A stretch of DNA of 64,000 nt. Origin: Sedimentisphaerales bacterium. Lineage in GTDB: Bacteria > Planctomycetota > Phycisphaerae > Sedimentisphaerales > SM23-30. The position numbers were made by a program, and so were the translations under genes. This document shows, piece by piece, positions 31,311 to 40,961 of the stretch. How positions within the stretch are numbered: position 1 is the first letter of the stretch; each line of letters begins with the position of its first letter. The stretch is from NCBI GenBank assembly GCA_963666285.1, contig OY762711.1. One strand, given 5' to 3'. The notes under the pieces are model-generated. The model worked only from the letters and a program-made list of their open reading frames with translations, did no database searches and was not told the origin of the DNA.

Positions 31311-31484
31311 TTTCGATTTCCTTTCAAACCAAACATTGTTTGGAAATAACCTCGGCACTCCAACTGCCTCGGAAGTATAACCTATGTTAATCCTGATAAA
31401 CAACCTTTACAGCTGTACCACTTTCATTTCTTACCAAAATCAATAACATAATTATATTGAATTGTAGAGATGAAAAAGAGTTAA

Positions 31485-33455
31485 TTACTCCTTAACAGTA
31501 CTTAGATAGCTCCGTCTCTTCAAACTTCGTTGTACTGCAAGTATAATAGCAATTAATAAAATTACAGCCGGCGCTGCTATCGTGTTAAAATATTGCAAGG
31601 TTTGGCCTAAAGCCTCTATTTTTTGACGCTTAGACTTTTTCACCTTTCTCAGTTCATTTTCTTTTTCTGCTATATTAACTTCAAGTTTCTTTTGAGCCTC
31701 AGTAAACTTGGAAGCATTAACTACCATCTTACCCTGATTTCTGGCCTCACTCAGAACCGTATTAAGCTCATCCTGATATTTCTTAATATCATCCTGAATA
31801 GCATTAACCTGCTTTTCTGTTTCTTCTTCAGCCTGAGCTTCAATTTTATCAACCCTGGTAAACGGTCTTTTGAAATTTCCTCGACTGCGTATAGCAATCA
31901 GCTCATCAGAACCCAGCAGGTTATCAACTGTATTCATCAACAAGGAAGCATTATCATCTTTAGGAGAAGCTCCAAACGGAGAATTATTATACGCAATACC
32001 ATCGGTAATAAAATCAACATCCGCAAATACCGCTATATTGCTTTTATCTGCCGATTCAGTTATCCCCGTTCTCTTCTCTTTAGTTGGCTCAGCTCCCTCT
32101 TCAGCGTTTTCATCAGCAGGCAGTTCTACTTCAATACCGTCAGGAAATGCCGATTTAAACTTTCCACTTAACAAACATCCAACCACCTGAGATTTATCAC
32201 CCGGGGTAAATTGCTTCATCAAAGCAGGCGGATTCATGTATTTCAGATCATAAGGACCTGCGGGTTTCCAGGTATTACCCGCCGGAGTTGTTGACATCAA
32301 TGGAGTAAACTCCAAATCGTCCGGGGCCGAATCAAGTTTTTCGATCACACTTGAAAAAATCATTTTCACAGTATCAAGATCTGAACTGATTACATTATTC
32401 TTATTAAAACAATTCTCGGCTTCAGATTCGAAACTCAAATACCCGATCAGTTTCTGAGGATTAGATGTCATACTCATCTGTATTGATTCTGCCAAAAGCT
32501 TATCTCCGGCAAACTCATCTTCAGGAACAGTAACCCCCCATGCCTCAAGAAGCTTGTTAATGGAAGACGCCTGGCTTTCCTGTTGCTGCATACCATACAT
32601 CTGCTGCTGCTGAGGGCTAGGCATATCTGCGATACAATGAGGATCAACCAGAAATACAGCTCTTCCTCCATTTAATACATACTGATCGATAGCAAACAAA
32701 GTCTTATCAGAAAAGTCCTTTGGATGTATAACCAGCAGCATATCAACTCCGGTAATCTCATCCAAATCCTGTTCAACTTTAACTACTTCATATTTCTGTC
32801 CCAGATGCTGGGAAATAATCCATGGCTGCTTAGGCCTTTGCCCGCTCTGCATCATCATCTGCCTCATATAAGGAGACAAATCCTCACCAGTAACTTCAAG
32901 AGAACTGATAACACCTAATTTACTCTTTTCACGAGTAGTAAGAGTATCGAGCAGATAACTAACATCGTACTCTATCAAGTTCTGACGCTCTGGCGCAAAA
33001 AACTCGATGGACTTTGAAACCCCATACTCGGTCTTTGCAACTAAACCAAAGAAAAACCCTTCATCCTGGGTAATAGGAAAACGCTTCAAACCATATCGAA
33101 TAGCATTAACTTCTTCATCTGAGTCTGGACGAGGATCTATAACCCTGAACTTAACATTAGGAGTTATTTTACTGTATTCTTCCAGCAATGCCTTAACAAA
33201 AAGATAATAGTCGTTATATCTCTTTATTGCATCCGGGGCCTTCAACGCAGCAGTCTCTGCATAATATAATTCTATCGAAACCGGCTGATTTATTCTTTTA
33301 AGAATAGTTTTTGTTCCGTCCGAAAGCGAATATAACTTTTGATCGGTGATATCCATCCTGGCAAAACTTGAAACTTTATCTACAATCACAATAGCACTTA
33401 CTGCAATTACCAGGATAAATATCAAGGCTAGTATTGTTTTTGATGACCTATTCAT
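31485..33455 (-). CDS. GldG-like ABC auxiliary component
   Basis: RMDITDQKLYSLSDGT, IDQYVLNGG, DVDFI; TM helices at both ends. Confidence 0.85.
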   Translation of the reverse strand: MNRSSKTILALIFILVIAVSAIVIVDKVSSFARMDITDQKLYSLSDGTKTILKRINQPVSIELYYAETAALKAPDAIKRYNDYYLFVKALLEEYSKITPNVKFRVIDPRPDSDEEVNAIRYGLKRFPITQDEGFFFGLVAKTEYGVSKSIEFFAPERQNLIEYDVSYLLDTLTTREKSKLGVISSLEVTGEDLSPYMRQMMMQSGQRPKQPWIISQHLGQKYEVVKVEQDLDEITGVDMLLVIHPKDFSDKTLFAIDQYVLNGGRAVFLVDPHCIADMPSPQQQQMYGMQQQESQASSINKLLEAWGVTVPEDEFAGDKLLAESIQMSMTSNPQKLIGYLSFESEAENCFNKNNVISSDLDTVKMIFSSVIEKLDSAPDDLEFTPLMSTTPAGNTWKPAGPYDLKYMNPPALMKQFTPGDKSQVVGCLLSGKFKSAFPDGIEVELPADENAEEGAEPTKEKRTGITESADKSNIAVFADVDFITDGIAYNNSPFGASPKDDNASLLMNTVDNLLGSDELIAIRSRGNFKRPFTRVDKIEAQAEEETEKQVNAIQDDIKKYQDELNTVLSEARNQGKMVVNASKFTEAQKKLEVNIAEKENELRKVKKSKRQKIEALGQTLQYFNTIAAPAVILLIAIILAVQRSLKRRSYLSTVKE

Positions 33456-34186
33456 TATGCCGCCTTCCTTTCTTCAAGAATCACAGAACTGGCCCAAATC
33501 CAGCATGCAATCATTACAGCAAAAAAGCCTAGATCGCCAAACTGAATGACACCTCTCTGCATTGATTCAAAATGGTTCTGGAAACTTAAATTCACAGCAG
33601 CATTTGCAAGCCCGCTTGGCAGCAAGGCGTTTAACATACTGACAGAGGAAGGTAAACCAATCCAATATAAAACAGAACACGCTACAACAGAAAGGATAAA
33701 ACTAATCACCTGGTTCTTGGTCAATGCCGAAAAGAAGCAACCAACGGCCAGGTAACCACCGGCCATAAGAAATGCTCCAATATAACCTGCTACTATCTGA
33801 CCTAAATCAGGGTCTCCAAGATAACACACAGTCGCAGGCATCGGAAACGTCAAACATAAAGCGATAGCCAGAAAGAGCCAGGCTGCAATAAACTTACCAA
33901 TGACCGCCTGAATAACCGTTATTGGTAACGTAAAAAGCAATTCTATAGAACCACTGCGACGCTCTTCTGCCCAAAGACGCATGGCGACACTGGGAACCAT
34001 AAATATGTACAAAATTGGTATCCACTTGAAAAACAGACGCATATCAGCCTGTCCGATTTCAAAAAACTTGTCCTTAAACGGCAGGTAACCGGCCGCTGCC
34101 AGGAATATCACCAGGAAAACATAAGCTACCGGGGTCGCGAAGTACCCTTTAAGCTCACGTTTACATACTGCAATAAATCCGTTCAT
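33455..34186 (-). CDS. GldF-like ABC-2 permease
   Basis: KRELKGYFATPVAY, MRLWAEERRSGSIELLFTLP, SALTKNQ. Confidence 0.9.
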   Translation of the reverse strand: MNGFIAVCKRELKGYFATPVAYVFLVIFLAAAGYLPFKDKFFEIGQADMRLFFKWIPILYIFMVPSVAMRLWAEERRSGSIELLFTLPITVIQAVIGKFIAAWLFLAIALCLTFPMPATVCYLGDPDLGQIVAGYIGAFLMAGGYLAVGCFFSALTKNQVISFILSVVACSVLYWIGLPSSVSMLNALLPSGLANAAVNLSFQNHFESMQRGVIQFGDLGFFAVMIACWIWASSVILEERKAA

Positions 34187-34258
34187 AATTATATAACTCC
34201 TATGATTTTCTAATTTCCCAAAATATTAATCTGAGATTAGCTGACATATTCAACTAAA

Positions 34259-34419
34259 GGTGACCTCTGGAAATTGCTTTTGATGCGATAGTTTAAGATT
34301 TTGGTTGCTGACAAGAAATATAAAATCGTGCATATTGGGATATATTCACTGTTTTATATGACGCATGTCAGCAGGCAAAAGAAAAACTAGTCGCTCAAAA
34401 TGAATTTTCTGAGGTTGCC
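34259..34419. mobile_element. 161-bp MITE-like element, copy 2, with TAAA target-site duplication
   Basis: TIRs GGTGACCTCTGGAAATT / AATTTTCTGAGGTTGCC flanked by TAAA at 34255-58 and 34420-23. Confidence 0.85.
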
Positions 34420-35126
34420 TAAACTGTTATCTTTCTAAACACCTGATCAAAAGAACCGCCAAATTCATTCTTCAAATTTGCAGAAGTATCATTTGCCACA
34501 ATTCTGCCCCTGTTAACAATTACAACACGAGAACACATAGCTTCAACTTCTTCGAGAATATGAGTTGAAATGACAATACATTTTTCTTTTGCCATTTTAT
34601 CTATAAGCATCCTAACCTCATACTTCTGATTAGGATCAAGACCATCTGTCGGCTCATCTAAAATTAAAACGGGTGGATCATGGATAAGACACTGAGCCAG
34701 GCCTACCCTGCGTTTGAATCCCTTTGAGAGAGTCTCAATCGTCTGATGGTAAACTTTTTTTATCGAGCACATGTCAACGACTTTTTCGATTGCAGCCCCC
34801 CTGACATTCCCCTTGATTTCCCGGGCATCACAAACAAAGTTTAGAAAAGATGAAACCGTCATTTCACCATACGCCGGGGCGTTCTCTGCCAGGTAACCGA
34901 GTTGTTTACGTACACCTATGGGGTCTTTTATAATATCATGACCACAGATAGACGCAGTTCCGCTATCAGGAGCGAGAAAACAAGCCAGCATTTTCATGGC
35001 AGTGCTTTTTCCTGCACCATTTGGTCCAAGAAAGCCTAATACCTCTCCCTTGCCAACTTCAAAACTTATACCATCTACGGCCTTTATCGGTCCAAAGCTG
35101 CGTCTAAGGTCATTTACCTTTATCAT
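34419..35126 (-). CDS. GldA-like ABC transporter ATP-binding protein
   Basis: GPNGAGKS, LSKGF signature, ILDEPTDGLDP, STHIL. Confidence 0.93.
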   Translation of the reverse strand: MIKVNDLRRSFGPIKAVDGISFEVGKGEVLGFLGPNGAGKSTAMKMLACFLAPDSGTASICGHDIIKDPIGVRKQLGYLAENAPAYGEMTVSSFLNFVCDAREIKGNVRGAAIEKVVDMCSIKKVYHQTIETLSKGFKRRVGLAQCLIHDPPVLILDEPTDGLDPNQKYEVRMLIDKMAKEKCIVISTHILEEVEAMCSRVVIVNRGRIVANDTSANLKNEFGGSFDQVFRKITV

Positions 35127-35508
35127 ACAACAGGATCTCCTTAAAACTTAAGCACATAAAATACAAATACTTACACTAGCATTTTCAATTTAGCAGTCGA
35201 AATAATCTATTATTATTTATTTTCGATGAATGTCAATACGGCAAAAAAAATAATCAGGTTCAACTATTTTTTTCACTAACATTATTTATAAATCTATATA
35301 TTTTAACCTGATACACCTGACACACAATATCCACTAACTAAAAATCACACAAAACACTTAAAGATAAACACTTACATGTATTAACGAGCATTATAACCAA
35401 AAAACGCAACATCAAAACCATGAAAGAAAAATATCAAATATAGTCAAATATTATGAATTAAACTGTAATAAATTGATCTTAACCCCACACCTTTTCATAT
35501 ACATTTAC

Positions 35509-35536
35509 TAACGCTTACTTATTCCTTTACCGATAG
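35509..35536 (+). promoter_or_regulatory. Putative sigma28 (FliA) promoter
   Basis: TAAC-N16-ACCGATAG; the same arrangement precedes both paralogs. Confidence 0.55.
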
Positions 35537-35619
35537 TTAGAATATCTTAAATATGTATATCTTTATTAACTGAAGGGAGTAACACAGTCAAATTTCTGAC
35601 TAAGATCGGGAGATGAAAA

Positions 35620-37047
35620 ATGACTGATAGTGCGAGCATCCAAGATATGACTACAACAGAAAAAAGGCACTGTTTTCAAGCGGGTTTTTTACCCGTCCCG
35701 CTGCAATCTGTTCCCCCTGAAAGCTTACAGGGGATTGAAGTCTTCATCTACACACATCCCACATACAGCCTTTATAAAAGTTGCGGGCTGGAATTTAATT
35801 TACAGGATTACAATCGCCTTATTGAGGCTGGAACAGAACACGTTTACATATCTACGAGAGATCATCAGAAATATTATGACGCTATCGAAAGTTCACTGAA
35901 TGAAATTGTTTCTGATAAGAAGATTGCACTCAAGCAAAAATGCGATGTGCTTTATGCCACAACAATGGCTTTGACCAAGGAAATCACTAAAAGCCCGCCT
36001 GAAGGCAAAACCATCACTAAAGCAGAAAAACTAACCGAAAGTACCATAAAGCTGATATTAAATAATCCAAAAGCGTTTCAATATCTATTTAAAGTATCCA
36101 ATCACGATTTCTTTACCGCTACCCATATGTCTAATGTAAGTATATTGCTGGTTTCTTTTGCGGAAAAAATTGGCATTAGAGATATAAGATTGCTTCATGA
36201 TATTGGGACAGGCGGAATGCTTCATGATATTGGTAAAGTTTTCATTCCAAATGATCTGCTTAATAGTACAGAAAAACTCACAACTGAAGAATTTGACCTT
36301 ATAAAAGGTCACGTCCAAAGAGGTTTGGATCACCTGCGAGAAAAAGCAGATCTATCAGAAAATGTGATTAAACTTGTGGCAGAGCATCATGAAAAAATGG
36401 ATGGTTCCGGTTATCCAAATGCTCTGCAAACTGACGAAATATCAATTTTTGGCAGAATGATCACAATAGTCGATATGTTTGAGGCTATGACATCTGTCAG
36501 ACCATATCGCGACAAGAGCTTCTCTCCGGAACAGGCAATGGATATTATTGCCGAAATGACACCTAAACAGCTGGATGAAAAAGTTGTAAATTCTTTTGTT
36601 CAGTTTATTGACTCCTCTTTACTGGGGATAGAACACCCGGAAGACGATAATGACGACAATAACTATATATTGTCAGCTTTGGGCATAAGCAAAGCTGACA
36701 CTGATAATCCTTCTGGCAGACGCCACAAAAGGTATTATTTCAGAATTAAAACTTCAGTAAGAACAGTTTCAGTAACAAACAAACAATGGAGACTCGGTCC
36801 TGAAAAATCTGTTATTGCTCATAATATCTCGCAAAGCGGCATGGGACTTCTTAGTCCGAATAAGTATGAAATTGGACAAATAATTAGTATTTCGCTCTAT
36901 GTGCCTAAATTGGGAAAAACCATAAACTACTTCGCAAAAATAGTAAGATATATGGACCATACCGATGGATGGTATACTTTAGGTGCTGAATTTGTTAAAG
37001 AAAAAACATATGAGCATGTAAATGAAATCTATATGGCACTAAAATAA
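35620..37047 (+). CDS. HD-GYP phosphodiesterase with C-terminal PilZ domain (paralog 1)
   Basis: LHDIGK, HHEKMDGSGYP, RPYR; PilZ RRHKRY...NISQSG. Confidence 0.9.
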   Translation: MTDSASIQDMTTTEKRHCFQAGFLPVPLQSVPPESLQGIEVFIYTHPTYSLYKSCGLEFNLQDYNRLIEAGTEHVYISTRDHQKYYDAIESSLNEIVSDKKIALKQKCDVLYATTMALTKEITKSPPEGKTITKAEKLTESTIKLILNNPKAFQYLFKVSNHDFFTATHMSNVSILLVSFAEKIGIRDIRLLHDIGTGGMLHDIGKVFIPNDLLNSTEKLTTEEFDLIKGHVQRGLDHLREKADLSENVIKLVAEHHEKMDGSGYPNALQTDEISIFGRMITIVDMFEAMTSVRPYRDKSFSPEQAMDIIAEMTPKQLDEKVVNSFVQFIDSSLLGIEHPEDDNDDNNYILSALGISKADTDNPSGRRHKRYYFRIKTSVRTVSVTNKQWRLGPEKSVIAHNISQSGMGLLSPNKYEIGQIISISLYVPKLGKTINYFAKIVRYMDHTDGWYTLGAEFVKEKTYEHVNEIYMALK

Positions 37048-37116
37048 ATTCCTTTACGCTTTACTTAGCTTCTCAGTTTTTAAATTGAAATAACGCAGTG
37101 CCTTGTTCTTTTTTCA

Positions 37117-37206
37117 TTTTCACTGAATTGTCCTTGTTCCAGCCTTTGCGAATAAAGCTAAACCGTTTTAAGTGCGTCATGTATATATGGTGCGAAGCAT
37201 AAACCG
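37117..37206. repeat. ~90-bp dispersed repeat, copy B
   Basis: Aligns with 19817-19904 with a 2-nt indel. Confidence 0.65.
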
Positions 37207-37330
37207 TACTTTAAGAGAAACATTCAATCCGGCATATATTATCTTTATTTATAGATAGTTACATACATTTCCCTACTTCCTTATTTCGGCCACCACAACA
37301 GATGGTATAATAATCTTTTTCATATTCATA

Positions 37331-37358
37331 TAAAATATTGTTAAAATTCAGCCGATAT
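37331..37358 (+). promoter_or_regulatory. Putative sigma28 (FliA) promoter
   Basis: TAAA-N16-GCCGATAT. Confidence 0.65.
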
Positions 37359-37440
37359 ATCAATGAATTGAAATGATTCTAAAATGTTGCTGAGATAATT
37401 TCATAATGATGATATGTATAGAATTAACATGAGGAAGTTT

Positions 37441-38868
37441 ATGGCAGATTCAGCTGTAATAGAAAAAGGAGAACAAACACATAATAAAAAAAGCTGCGTA
37501 CAGGAAGGTTTTCTGCCTGTGCCGTTAGCATCAGTCCCCCCAGACAGTCTTAACGGACTTGAAGTATATATCTCTACTTCACCTTCCTACAGTCTTTACA
37601 AAAGCAGTGATCTTAAATTTTGTGCTAAAGATTATGAACGTCTTATTAACGCCGGTACTGAATATGTCTATATTGCTACAAAAGACCATCAGAAATATTA
37701 TAACGCCATCGAAGACTCACTTAGCGATATTGTAAAAGATAAAACCATAGCATTAAATAAAAAATGTGAAATTCTATATGCGACAACAATTGCCTTAACA
37801 AAAGAACTTTCTTCTGCTCCTATTGAAGCTAAAAATATAAATAAAGCGGTTAAACATACTGAAAGTACCATTAGCCTGGTATTGAAAAACCCCAAAGCAT
37901 TCCACCATCTTTTCAATATATCAAATCACGATTTTTATACCGCTACCCATGTATCAAACGTTAGTATTATGCTGGTAACTTTTGCCCATAAAATAGGGGT
38001 TAATGATACACAAATCCTCAATGATCTGGGAACTGGCGGACTTCTTCACGATGTCGGAAAAGTATTTGTCCCGCAAGAACTTCTTAACTGCACAGAAAAA
38101 CTGACTCAGGAAGAATTTGAAATCATAAAAAGCCATGTCAAAAAAGGAGTGATATACCTTGAAGAAAATGCTGATTTATCTGAAATCAGCCTTAAACTCG
38201 TTGCCGAACACCACGAAAAAATGGATGGTTCAGGCTATCCCTACGGACTTGAAGGAGAAAACATATCCCCCCAGGGACGGTTGATCGCTGCCGTAGACAT
38301 GTTTGAAGCTATGACTTCTGTGCGCCCATACCGTGATTCCGGTATCCCCACTGAGCAGGCAATGGAAATGATACGAAACATGGCACCCGAACAGCTGGAT
38401 GAAAAAATTGTATGTTCATTCATGCAATTTGTCGAAAATTCCATAAGCGGTAATGATACTCAACAATCAGAACAATCTGATTTCCAGGTACTTGCAGCGT
38501 TAGGGATCATGGAAGGCGGCATAAAAAACCCTTCTGGCAGACGCCACGAACGTTATTTTTTCAGAGTTAAATCAACTATCAGAACCGTCTTCCACCAAAA
38601 TAATACAATATACTATGGTCCAGAACACAATATCATCATGCATAATATATCTCAAAGCGGAATTGGTATTCTTAGCTATCGTAAATTTGATGAGGGGCAA
38701 TTCATTAATATCGGGATAAAAATTCCTGGCAAGGACAGCGAAGAACACTATTTTGCCAAAGTAGTAAGAATAATTGACCATGCTGACGGGTGGTATACTC
38801 TTGGTGCCGAATTTGTTAAAATGAAATCAGCCGAGCAAATAATGGACATATATACACAATTGAAATAA
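37441..38868 (+). CDS. HD-GYP phosphodiesterase with C-terminal PilZ domain (paralog 2)
   Basis: LHDVGK, HHEKMDGSGYP; RRHERY...NISQSG; SD GAGGA before ATG 37441 (ORF open from 37414). Confidence 0.9.
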   Translation: MADSAVIEKGEQTHNKKSCVQEGFLPVPLASVPPDSLNGLEVYISTSPSYSLYKSSDLKFCAKDYERLINAGTEYVYIATKDHQKYYNAIEDSLSDIVKDKTIALNKKCEILYATTIALTKELSSAPIEAKNINKAVKHTESTISLVLKNPKAFHHLFNISNHDFYTATHVSNVSIMLVTFAHKIGVNDTQILNDLGTGGLLHDVGKVFVPQELLNCTEKLTQEEFEIIKSHVKKGVIYLEENADLSEISLKLVAEHHEKMDGSGYPYGLEGENISPQGRLIAAVDMFEAMTSVRPYRDSGIPTEQAMEMIRNMAPEQLDEKIVCSFMQFVENSISGNDTQQSEQSDFQVLAALGIMEGGIKNPSGRRHERYFFRVKSTIRTVFHQNNTIYYGPEHNIIMHNISQSGIGILSYRKFDEGQFINIGIKIPGKDSEEHYFAKVVRIIDHADGWYTLGAEFVKMKSAEQIMDIYTQLK

Positions 38869-38982
38869 TCATTATAATCACTACCATTTATTATTACCAC
38901 AACTGACTGATACAATCATCAAGAACACATATAATATTCTTATTTTTTCGTTTTTTTTACCTGTATTACACCTAAGTTCTTC

Positions 38983-39010
38983 TCAAATTCCACAATCATT
39001 CTACCGATAC
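38983..39010 (+). promoter_or_regulatory. Putative sigma28 (FliA) promoter
   Basis: TCAA-N16-ACCGATAC. Confidence 0.55.
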
Positions 39011-39101
39011 AATATCTAGCTGGTAAAAAAGACTTTAACTTTTTCCAGTGTTAAATATATTGCTACAGATAAACATACCGCAAAGGGAGAACTAAAGATA
39101 T

Positions 39102-40526
39102 ATGCCAGTTGAAACTGCCGTAGATAACTTGCAATTAACAGAGAATAAAAGTTGCATTCAGGAGGGTTACCTACCTGTTCCACTCAAATCTGTACCCCCT
39201 CAAAGCCTTAAAGGACTTGAAGTCTATATTTTTGCTTCTCCTTCCTACAGCCTATATAAAAGTATTGGTTTAAAATTTGAAATCAAAGACCATGAACGCC
39301 TTATCGAAGCCGGTACCGACTACGTCTATATCGCCGTTAAAGATCATAATAATTATTTTGCCGCTATAGAAAATTCTCTTAATAACATCATTAACGATAA
39401 GAAAATAGCTCTACGCAAAAAATGTGAAATTCTATATGCTACTACATTAGCTTTAGCAAATGAAATTTCTCGTTCAAATCCAACAAAAAAAGTTGTCAAT
39501 CAAATAAGAAAAGTAACTGAAAATTCGGTTAAGCTTGTATTAAAAAATCCTAGTGCTTTCAGACATTTATTTTCCATATCCAATCATGATTTCTTCACAG
39601 CAACACATTCCACAAATGTTAGTGTAATGCTGCTCTCTTTTGCATGTAATATTGGTATTTCAGAACCGCAAATACTCAAGGAAATTGGTACCGGAGCACT
39701 TCTTCATGACACAGGTAAAATATTTATACCACAAGATTTGCTTAACTATAAAGAAAAACTCAATGAAGAGCAGCTGGCTACTATAAGAAGCCACGTAGAA
39801 AAAGGTGCAATGCACTTGAGAGCCTACTCAGACCTGTCCGAAGAAATTATCAGAATGACAGAAGAACATCACGAAAGAATGGATGGGACCGGGTATCCAA
39901 AACGGTTAAGAACAAAGCAGATCTCCGTGTATGGAAGAATGTTGGCCATTGTCGACTCTTTTGAAGCTATGACATCCGTAAGACCATACAGAGAAGGTTG
40001 CATGTCTGTAGAACAAGCCATGGACATGATAAACGATATGGCTCCCAGCCAGCTTGATGAGAAAATTGTTGAGTCATTTTGCCGGTTCATCGAATCTAAT
40101 CTTTTGAGCCAAAATGAAGAAATTACACCAAATATTGATTACGGCATACTTAAAGCGCTAGGACTGGCTGAAAAAGATAAGGAAAATCCTTCCGGCAGAA
40201 GACATAGAAGGTTTTATTTCAGAGTAAGATCGTCTCTGCAAATTGTTCGCAGAAAAGATAACAGGTTTCTACTCAGCCCCGAACATCTCATTATTGCCCA
40301 TAACATATCACAAAGCGGCATAGGGTTTCTATGTACCAGGGAATATAATCACGACGACATTATCAGGATTACAATTAATATCCACAAAGATAATAAAAAG
40401 ATTACATTTCTGGCTAAAATTGTTCGGTGCCTTGATCACGCTGATGGCTGGTTCACGTTAGGGGCTCAGTTCATCGAAGAAAAATCCTCTGAAAATATTC
40501 ACGATATCCACTCCAGCTTAAGGTAA
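39102..40526 (+). CDS. HD-GYP phosphodiesterase with C-terminal PilZ domain (paralog 3)
   Basis: LHDTGK, HHERMDGTGYP; RRHRRF...NISQSG. Confidence 0.9.
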   Translation: MPVETAVDNLQLTENKSCIQEGYLPVPLKSVPPQSLKGLEVYIFASPSYSLYKSIGLKFEIKDHERLIEAGTDYVYIAVKDHNNYFAAIENSLNNIINDKKIALRKKCEILYATTLALANEISRSNPTKKVVNQIRKVTENSVKLVLKNPSAFRHLFSISNHDFFTATHSTNVSVMLLSFACNIGISEPQILKEIGTGALLHDTGKIFIPQDLLNYKEKLNEEQLATIRSHVEKGAMHLRAYSDLSEEIIRMTEEHHERMDGTGYPKRLRTKQISVYGRMLAIVDSFEAMTSVRPYREGCMSVEQAMDMINDMAPSQLDEKIVESFCRFIESNLLSQNEEITPNIDYGILKALGLAEKDKENPSGRRHRRFYFRVRSSLQIVRRKDNRFLLSPEHLIIAHNISQSGIGFLCTREYNHDDIIRITINIHKDNKKITFLAKIVRCLDHADGWFTLGAQFIEEKSSENIHDIHSSLR

Positions 40527-40750
40527 ACCTCTTATCAACAATGACTTAAACATCACTACCTTCCTCACGCAAATTACATTATTATTTACCTTAACCACAC
40601 CTCAGAATTAACTTGACATATCTTTACATATCCTTTAAACTTTTCGACTTACTGTCTTTTTAAGATGATAGACAGAACATAGTTAATTATTGTGACCTGC
40701 AGGAAATAGTTGTTAAACAACTGTAAAATAATAGTTTAGAGAGATATAAA

Positions 40751-40927
40751 ATGCTACCAGTAAAGAAAAAATCCAAGAGTCGCGTTCGTACAAGGCGCAG
40801 TCATCATGCTCTTAGACCGGTAAACTACTCTGTATGTTCTAAGTGCGGTAATGCCAAACTCCCACACGCTATGTGTGACAAGTGCGGCTATGTTAATGAA
40901 TCTCTGAGTATCAACACAAACGAATAG
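40751..40927 (+). CDS. rpmF: 50S ribosomal protein L32 (zinc-ribbon type); absent from the ORF track
   Basis: Manual translation MLPVKKKSKSRVRTRRSHHALRPVNYSVCSKCGNAKLPHAMCDKCGYVNESLSINTNE; directly upstream of plsX. Confidence 0.95.
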   Translation: MLPVKKKSKSRVRTRRSHHALRPVNYSVCSKCGNAKLPHAMCDKCGYVNESLSINTNE

Positions 40928-40961
40928 TTTTTGTGATATTTGGCGCCTTAAATTACGAGGG

